A stretch of DNA of 11,346 bases from Elusimicrobiota bacterium (GTDB taxonomy: Bacteria > Elusimicrobiota > Elusimicrobia > Elusimicrobiales > UBA9959), in the NCBI GenBank assembly GCA_037137395.1, contig JBAXKK010000079.1, forward strand, positions 1 through 11,346. Reading direction: 5' to 3'. A program made the position numbers and the translations under genes. Below the pieces are notes generated by a model. It was given only the letters and a program-made list of their open reading frames with translations. It did not search any database and was not told the DNA's origin. Below, one piece after another: positions 1-4,848 of this stretch. How positions within the stretch are numbered: position 1 is the stretch's first letter; each line of letters opens with the position of its first letter.

Positions 1-83
1 CGTGGGAATTCCTGCTAAATTTTAATTCTTTGCGCGCGCGGGAATTCGGAAAAATATCAAAAAACCAACAATGTGAAAAAATC

Positions 84-171
84 CGGAGAGGAAGGGATTC
101 GAACCCTTGAAACCCTTTGGGGATTTACAGACTTTCCAGGTCTGCGCCTTCAACCACTCGGCCACCCTTCC
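84..171 (-). tRNA. tRNA-Ser(GGA), type II (long variable arm), no encoded CCA
   Basis: Reverse complement reads GGAAGGG-TG-GCCGAGTGGTTGAAGGC-G-CAGAC-CTGGAAA-GTCTG-(variable arm)-AAGGG-TTCGAAT-CCCTT-CCTCTCC-G. Anticodon GGA, discriminator G73. The acceptor stem has one A-C mismatch and one G-U pair. Confidence 0.96.
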
Positions 172-195
172 ATTTATCTGCCCGGCTCTTACAAG

Positions 196-222
196 CTAAA
201 AAAGCAGACTCTGCTTTTTTAG
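196..222. terminator. Terminator-like perfect hairpin in the tRNA-Tyr/tRNA-Ser spacer
   Basis: CTAAAAAAGCAG (196-207), loop ACT, CTGCTTTTTTAG (211-222): a 12-bp perfect inverted repeat with a T6 tract on either strand. The GC core is only 4 bp. Confidence 0.45.
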
Positions 223-248
223 ATCGCTTCTGCGCGGGTGTATAAGTA

Positions 249-332
249 TGGTTGGGGAAGGATTCGAACCTTCGTAGGACGTAGTCCGCTGGTTTTACAG
301 ACCAGTGCATTTGACCGCTCTGCCACCCAACC
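249..332 (-). tRNA. tRNA-Tyr(GTA), no encoded CCA
   Basis: Reverse complement reads GGTTGGG-TG-GCAGAGCGGTCAAATGC-A-CTGGT-CTGTAAA-ACCAG-(variable arm)-GAAGG-TTCGAAT-CCTTC-CCCAACC-A. Anticodon GTA, perfect acceptor stem, discriminator A73. Confidence 0.97.
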
Positions 333-378
333 CTGACTTATCTGTTTTAGAGAACAATGCTTACCACAACAGGTTTAT

Positions 379-387
379 AGTATAGCA
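379..387 (-). promoter_or_regulatory. Extended -10 promoter element for the tRNA pair
   Basis: Minus strand reads TGcTATACT (TGn plus -10), about 47 nt upstream of the tRNA-Tyr 5' end. No convincing -35. Confidence 0.55.
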
Positions 388-447
388 AAAAAATAAATCC
401 CGGGGCAGGAAAGCGCATGGCGGGCGCTCCCGCGGATATAAAAATTG

Positions 448-453
448 TATAAT
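448..453 (+). promoter_or_regulatory. Candidate -10 element for the hyp operon
   Basis: Perfect TATAAT in an AT-rich tract, 65 nt upstream of the hypC ATG. No consensus -35 at 17-nt spacing. Confidence 0.5.
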
Positions 454-465
454 TTAACAGGAATT

Positions 466-480
466 ATTAATAAAACTTAT
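466..480. promoter_or_regulatory. Candidate LysR-type operator (T-N11-A)
   Basis: ATTAATAAAACTTAT has a T-N11-A core with partial dyad (ATTA-N7-TTAT). It lies just downstream of the -10, and a LysR gene is in the operon. The motif is weak in AT-rich DNA. Confidence 0.3.
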
Positions 481-517
481 AGCATCTTAAGTGGTTTTTC
501 TTCAGTTCGGAGGACGC

Positions 518-751
518 ATGTGTATTGCCGTGCCCGGAAAAATACTATCAATAGAAAAGAATACCGCACAGGTTAATTTTAGCGGCGCCAGAAGGCAAGT
601 GGCGCTGGATCTGGTGCCGAAAGCCCGCAAGGGGGACTATGTCCTTGTCCACGCGGGATTCGCCATACAGGTGTTGGAGGAGTCGGAAGCCGAAGAGACG
701 CTTAAGCTTTTTGAGGAGATCTATAGCCGTGAAGACCTTAAAAGGTTCTAA
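518..751 (+). CDS. hypC: Hydrogenase maturation chaperone HypC/HupF (77 aa)
   Basis: N-terminal MCIAVPG with the conserved Cys2, and GDYVLVHAGFAI motif. SD GGAGG at 509-513 precedes ATG 518, so the start is 518 rather than 491. Confidence 0.97.
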   Translation: MCIAVPGKILSIEKNTAQVNFSGARRQVALDLVPKARKGDYVLVHAGFAIQVLEESEAEETLKLFEEIYSREDLKRF

Positions 752-1892
752 GAAAACCATTTCTGATTGCGGGATTAGTGTTAGCCGGTTCAATTCACCG
801 CTCTGGCGCGATAAGGCCCTGGCAGCCTCGGCCCTGAGAGAGATGGAGTGTCTTGCCGCAAAGGCTGTCGCAAAGACCGGCAGGGACTCGGCCCTTATGG
901 AAGTCTGCGGCTCCCACACCATGGCCATAGCCGCCAGCGGCATGCGGCACCTTTTCCCTAAGGGACTTAAGATGCTTTCCGGGCCCGGCTGTCCAGTTTG
1001 CGTCACCGCGCAGGGCGATATCGATCTGATCCTAGAACTTGCCGCTAAGCCCGGCGTAATCATCGCGACCTTCGGCGATATGCTCAAAGTAAAAGGTTCC
1101 AACGGTATGGACCTGCATTCGCTTCGGGAAAAAGGCGCCAGGGTAAGCGTGGTTTACTCTCCACTGGACGCGGTTGAACTGGCTAAAGAAAATCCCGGCC
1201 AGCAGGTGGTTTTTGCGGGAGTGGGCTTTGAGACCACCGCGCCGGTGATAGCCGGTACCGTGATGCGTGCCAGAGCGGAAAAAGTCAAAAATTTCTCAGT
1301 GATACCGCTTTTTAAATTGGTGCCTCCGGCGCTGGAACTTCTGTTAAAGGACCCCGGCCATAATATCTCCGGTTTCATGCTGCCCGGGCATGTCAGCGCC
1401 ATCATCGGGCTCGCGCCATACCGGTTTGTGGCGGATAAATATTCGGTGCCCTGCGTGGTTACCGGCTTTGAGCCGCTTGATATTCTTACCGGGATAAACA
1501 TGCTTCTGCGTCAGATAATCTCCGGCGGACCCGCGGTTGAGGACGAATATTCCAGGGCCGTAAGAGCCGAGGGTAACCCGCGGGCTCTGGAAATAATGCG
1601 GCAAGTGTTTGCGGTGACCGGGGCCCGCTGGCGGTCTATCGGCCTTATCAAAAAGTCCGGCCTGGGTTTCAGCGAGGATTTTTCAGGCTTTGACGCGGTG
1701 AAGCGCTTTAAGCTGTCTTACCGCTCCGCGCCGGAGCCGAAAGGCTGTATTTGCGGCAGCATACTTCTGGGTAAGGCCCTTCCGGCGGACTGCAAACTTT
1801 TCGCCCGCGTCTGCGCGCCGGCTAACGCCGTGGGGCCCTGCATGGTCTCTTCGGAGGGGGCGTGCGCGGCCTGGTTTAAATATGGAGGATGA
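729..1892 (+). CDS. hypD: Hydrogenase maturation Fe-S scaffold HypD (~387 aa)
   Basis: Motifs MEVCGSHT, GPGCPVC, GFETT, PGHVS, GFEP and the C-terminal Cys cluster (CICG...C...C...GPCMVSSEGAC). Start placed at in-frame GTG 729 (SD GAGGAG 713-718, overlapping the hypC end), because HypD-like sequence (WRDKALA) extends upstream of ATG 843. The start is less certain than the identity. Confidence 0.96.
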   Translation: MKTLKGSKKTISDCGISVSRFNSPLWRDKALAASALREMECLAAKAVAKTGRDSALMEVCGSHTMAIAASGMRHLFPKGLKMLSGPGCPVCVTAQGDIDLILELAAKPGVIIATFGDMLKVKGSNGMDLHSLREKGARVSVVYSPLDAVELAKENPGQQVVFAGVGFETTAPVIAGTVMRARAEKVKNFSVIPLFKLVPPALELLLKDPGHNISGFMLPGHVSAIIGLAPYRFVADKYSVPCVVTGFEPLDILTGINMLLRQIISGGPAVEDEYSRAVRAEGNPRALEIMRQVFAVTGARWRSIGLIKKSGLGFSEDFSGFDAVKRFKLSYRSAPEPKGCICGSILLGKALPADCKLFARVCAPANAVGPCMVSSEGACAAWFKYGG

Positions 1893-1903
1893 TAGAAGGT
1901 GAG

Positions 1904-2010
1904 GAGAGTATCAAGTCTAAAGTGTAGAGATTAAAGTAAATGTAGCCGGTGTTGAACCCCATTATGGCGACTTTAGACTTTCGACTCTATATTTTCGACT
2001 CTCAACTTTA
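1904..2010. repeat. Inverted pair of degenerate heptamer tandem arrays
   Basis: Left arm 1904-1938: GAGAGTA TCAAGTC TAAAGTG TAGAGAT TAAAGTA. Right arm 1969-2010: GACTTTA GACTTTC GACTCTA TATTTTC GACTCTC AACTTTA. The arms include a perfect 11-bp inverted repeat, AAGTCTAAAGT (1913-1923) / ACTTTAGACTT (1970-1980). Confidence 0.75.
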
Positions 2011-2013
2011 CTT

Positions 2014-2928
2014 ATGAACATTGAAACCTTAAAAGTTTTCAGAGACCTGGTGGATACCGGAAGCTTTTCAAAGACCGCGGAACTTAATTATGTTTCACAG
2101 TCTGCGGTCAGCCAGCAGATAAAGAAGCTGGAGCTTATCCTTAAGTGCAGACTGTTCAGCCGGCTGTCCAACAAGATCCTGCTCACCCCCTGCGGTGATA
2201 AGTTTTACGAAACCTCAAAGAAGATAGTTCTTCTCTATGAAAACTCGATGGTCTCCATCAAGCAGCTCGCCGTTTCCAAAACTATAGAGGAAATAAAAAT
2301 ATCCACCATTTACAGCGCGGGCGTTTATCTGCTGCAGGGGTATATCCGTAAATTCATGGCTGATTATCCCAGCACCAAAATCAGTGTCGAATACCGGCAG
2401 TTCTCCCAGATCCAGGGCGACATAGTTTCCGGCCGCGCCGATTTTGGCATCATGGCCTGCCCTTACCGCAAGCTTCAGGGCATTACCATGGTTCCTATCG
2501 GAGAAGACGAGATGGTGCTTCTTACCGGCATGTCCGACAAGCTGGCCCGGAAACGCTTGGTGGGCGTGCGCGAGATTGACGGACTTGATTTTATTGTTTT
2601 CGATAAAGTATTTCCGTCCAGAAAATATGTGGATGACTTTTTTAAGAAACACGCCGTCAAGGTTAATATTAAGATGGAACTGGATAATATTGAAACCATT
2701 AAGACCGCTGTTTCTTCAGGCGCGGGGCTCTCTATTCTGCCGCTGTCAGCGTTGCGGGAGGAGGAGCGGGATAATAAGCTGCATATCGCCCGGTTCACCG
2801 ACGCCGAAGTTTCAAGGCCTCTCTATCTGATTTATAATAAGTCGCGCAAACTTCCTGCTTCCGCGAAAGCCTTCCTTGAGATACTTCAGAAAAAGCCCAG
2901 ACCGGCCGCGCCGGCCGGGAGGGGATAG
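2014..2928 (+). CDS. LysR-family transcriptional regulator (CysL-like effector domain), 304 aa
   Basis: N-terminal HTH GSFSKTAELNYVSQSAVSQQIKKLE...LFSR...LTPCG. C-terminal PBP2 signature ELDNIETIKTAVSSGAGLSILP. Typical LTTR length. Confidence 0.95.
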   Translation: MNIETLKVFRDLVDTGSFSKTAELNYVSQSAVSQQIKKLELILKCRLFSRLSNKILLTPCGDKFYETSKKIVLLYENSMVSIKQLAVSKTIEEIKISTIYSAGVYLLQGYIRKFMADYPSTKISVEYRQFSQIQGDIVSGRADFGIMACPYRKLQGITMVPIGEDEMVLLTGMSDKLARKRLVGVREIDGLDFIVFDKVFPSRKYVDDFFKKHAVKVNIKMELDNIETIKTAVSSGAGLSILPLSALREEERDNKLHIARFTDAEVSRPLYLIYNKSRKLPASAKAFLEILQKKPRPAAPAGRG

Positions 2929-2930
2929 CC

Positions 2931-3944
2931 GTGGAAACGGAAAAAACAGTAAAGCTCGGGCACGGGAGCGGAGGCCGCATGACGCACGAACTTATTTCGC
3001 GTCTGTTCCTCAAGGCTTTCTTTAATCCCGCCCTGGCCCCGCTTGAAGATTCCGCCGAGATTCGGGCAGGAAGGGAGCGCCTGGCTTTTACTACCGATTC
3101 TTATGTAGTTGATCCGCTTGAATTTCCCGGCGCAGACATCGGCCGTATCTCCGTCTGCGGGACTGTGAATGATCTGGCGGTTAAAGGGGCCAAACCGCTG
3201 GTCATCTCGGCCGCGTTTATCATTGAAGAAGGTTTTCCCTTAGCTTTGCTTAAGAAGTTGACCGCCTCCATGCGTAAGGCCGCCCGTGAAGCCGGGGTTC
3301 TTATCGTGACCGGCGACACGAAGGTTGTGGAAAAAGGGAAGGCTGATAAACTTTTCATCAACACATCCGGCGTCGGGCTTATCCCCGCCAGGCTCAAACT
3401 TTCTTCTTCCCTTATACGACCCGGAGACGCCGTCATCCTGAGCGGCCGCCTTGCCGACCACGGCGTGGCGGTCATGAATGCGCGCGGCCGCCTTGGTCTT
3501 TCAGGGGACATCAGGAGCGACGCCGCGCCGCTTAACGCCATGATAGCGCGGGCGCTTAAAGTTTCCTCAAAGATCAGAGCCATCCGCGATATCACCCGGG
3601 GCGGTCTTGGCACCGTTTTAAACGAGGCGGCTCTGGCGTGCCATGCCGCCATAGAGATAAACGAAACAGAGGTCCCGGTAAAACCGGCCGTGGAAAGCGC
3701 CTGCCGCCTGCTGGGCCTTGATCCGCTCTATGTCGCCAACGAGGGTAAAGCGGTGGTATTTGCCGGGGCTTGCGACGCCGCGAAAATAGTCGCCGCCCTG
3801 CGTGCCGGTAAGTACGGCCGTGAGGCCCGCGTCATCGGACGGGTTGTAAAGGCCAAAACACCGCAGGTGCGCCTTAATACAGCTATCGGTGGGGCACGCC
3901 TTATTACGATGCTTGAGGGCGAACAGTTGCCGCGGATATGCTAG
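2931..3944 (+). CDS. hypE: Carbamoyl dehydratase HypE (337 aa)
   Basis: LGHGSGG, FTTDSYVV, GTVNDLAV, TGDTKVV, RDITRGG, ANEGK and C-terminal GEQLPRIC with the catalytic terminal Cys. GTG start with GGAGGGG SD immediately upstream. Confidence 0.98.
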   Translation: METEKTVKLGHGSGGRMTHELISRLFLKAFFNPALAPLEDSAEIRAGRERLAFTTDSYVVDPLEFPGADIGRISVCGTVNDLAVKGAKPLVISAAFIIEEGFPLALLKKLTASMRKAAREAGVLIVTGDTKVVEKGKADKLFINTSGVGLIPARLKLSSSLIRPGDAVILSGRLADHGVAVMNARGRLGLSGDIRSDAAPLNAMIARALKVSSKIRAIRDITRGGLGTVLNEAALACHAAIEINETEVPVKPAVESACRLLGLDPLYVANEGKAVVFAGACDAAKIVAALRAGKYGREARVIGRVVKAKTPQVRLNTAIGGARLITMLEGEQLPRIC

Positions 3945-3963
3945 AGAACATGGACCGGCTTTT

Positions 3964-4794
3964 ATGAAGAAAGTGCTGTTTTGGATTCTTAGCTTTATAA
4001 TTACAATATTTTTCGCGCTATTTCAGCGCCTTACAGGTCCGACCTATCCGTTGAGCGGAAATCTTATGCTTGATGGGGAGATTCCTGTTTCGTTCCGCCT
4101 GACCAGGAGCTGCACCATTGCGGGCCAGGACTGTCTTATAAAAATAAAAGCTCCGGTAAAAATAGAAGGCTATGTTTCCTGGAGGCGCTACAAAACGGAC
4201 GACGCCTGGACCGAAACCGAGATGAACTATCGCGACGGCGTCCTTTCGGCTCTTCTCCCCGACCAGCCGCCGGCCGGGAAGCTTGAGTACCGGGCTTTCA
4301 TAAAACAGAAAAAAGGCGACCTGGAACTTTATTCGGCACCCGCAATTACCAGGTTCAAAGGCGCGGTGCCGGCCGTTATACTGGTGCCGCATGTATTCTT
4401 TATGTTCCTTTTTATGCTCTTCTCGGTGCGCATCTTCATCACTGTTTTTACCATAGATGCGGTGATAAAACACGCCGTCATGTTCAATATCCTCTTTCTC
4501 CTGTTGGGCGGATTTATACTCGGCCCGATTACGCAATTTCACGCTTTCGGGGCTTATTGGACCGGCTGGCCGTTCGGCCATGACCTGACGGACAATAAGA
4601 CTTTGGTTATGCTTGTTTTCTGGGTTGCCGCTCTTTACGCGGTTTTCAGAGCGGAAAAATTTAAACCCTGGCTCCTGGCCGCTTTTATCGTTACCGCGCT
4701 GGTATATCTGGTGCCTCACAGTATGCTCGGCAGCGAGCTGGATTATTCAAAATCAGACAATGTATTGCCATCGGCCATCCGCCGTACGCCATAG
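3964..4794 (+). CDS. Uncharacterised integral membrane protein (~276 aa, about 5 TM segments plus a ~110-aa soluble domain)
   Basis: Fills the hypE-hypF gap. ATG 3964 gives MKKVLFWILSFIITIFFALF (signal anchor), then a soluble domain, then four hydrophobic segments. Motif-like blocks: QRLTGPTYP, QPPAGKLEY, FGAYWTGWPFGHDLTDNKT, PHSMLGSELDY. The track start at 3889 overlaps hypE and is unlikely. Confidence 0.88.
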   Translation: MKKVLFWILSFIITIFFALFQRLTGPTYPLSGNLMLDGEIPVSFRLTRSCTIAGQDCLIKIKAPVKIEGYVSWRRYKTDDAWTETEMNYRDGVLSALLPDQPPAGKLEYRAFIKQKKGDLELYSAPAITRFKGAVPAVILVPHVFFMFLFMLFSVRIFITVFTIDAVIKHAVMFNILFLLLGGFILGPITQFHAFGAYWTGWPFGHDLTDNKTLVMLVFWVAALYAVFRAEKFKPWLLAAFIVTALVYLVPHSMLGSELDYSKSDNVLPSAIRRTP

Positions 4795-4848
4795 GCTTTT
4801 AAGGAATTCCCTAATAGTAAACGGTATAAAGTATATGCCGATAATATA

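Noticed and set aside
4..47. GGGAATTC twice (4-11, 40-47), forming an imperfect inverted repeat 6-15/38-47 downstream of tRNA-Ser
   Set aside because: The loop is long, no U-tract follows on either strand within view, and the context is truncated by the window edge. It cannot be called a terminator or att site.
125..310. 61-aa minus-strand ORF
   Set aside because: It overlaps both tRNA genes and is spurious.
491..728. ORF-track starts at 491 (hypC) and 639 (hypD)
   Set aside because: HypC needs Cys at position 2 (ATG 518, with SD). The 639 start overlaps hypC deeply, while GTG 729 has an SD.
2902..2918. GC hairpin CCGGCCG-CGC-CGGCCGG at the lysR 3' end, next to the hypE SD
   Set aside because: It has no U-tract and lies within coding sequence of a GC-rich tail, so it is plausibly chance.
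3950..3967. Mini-ORF MDRLL whose TGA overlaps the membrane-protein ATG
   Set aside because: It has five codons and no convincing SD, and is expected by chance.
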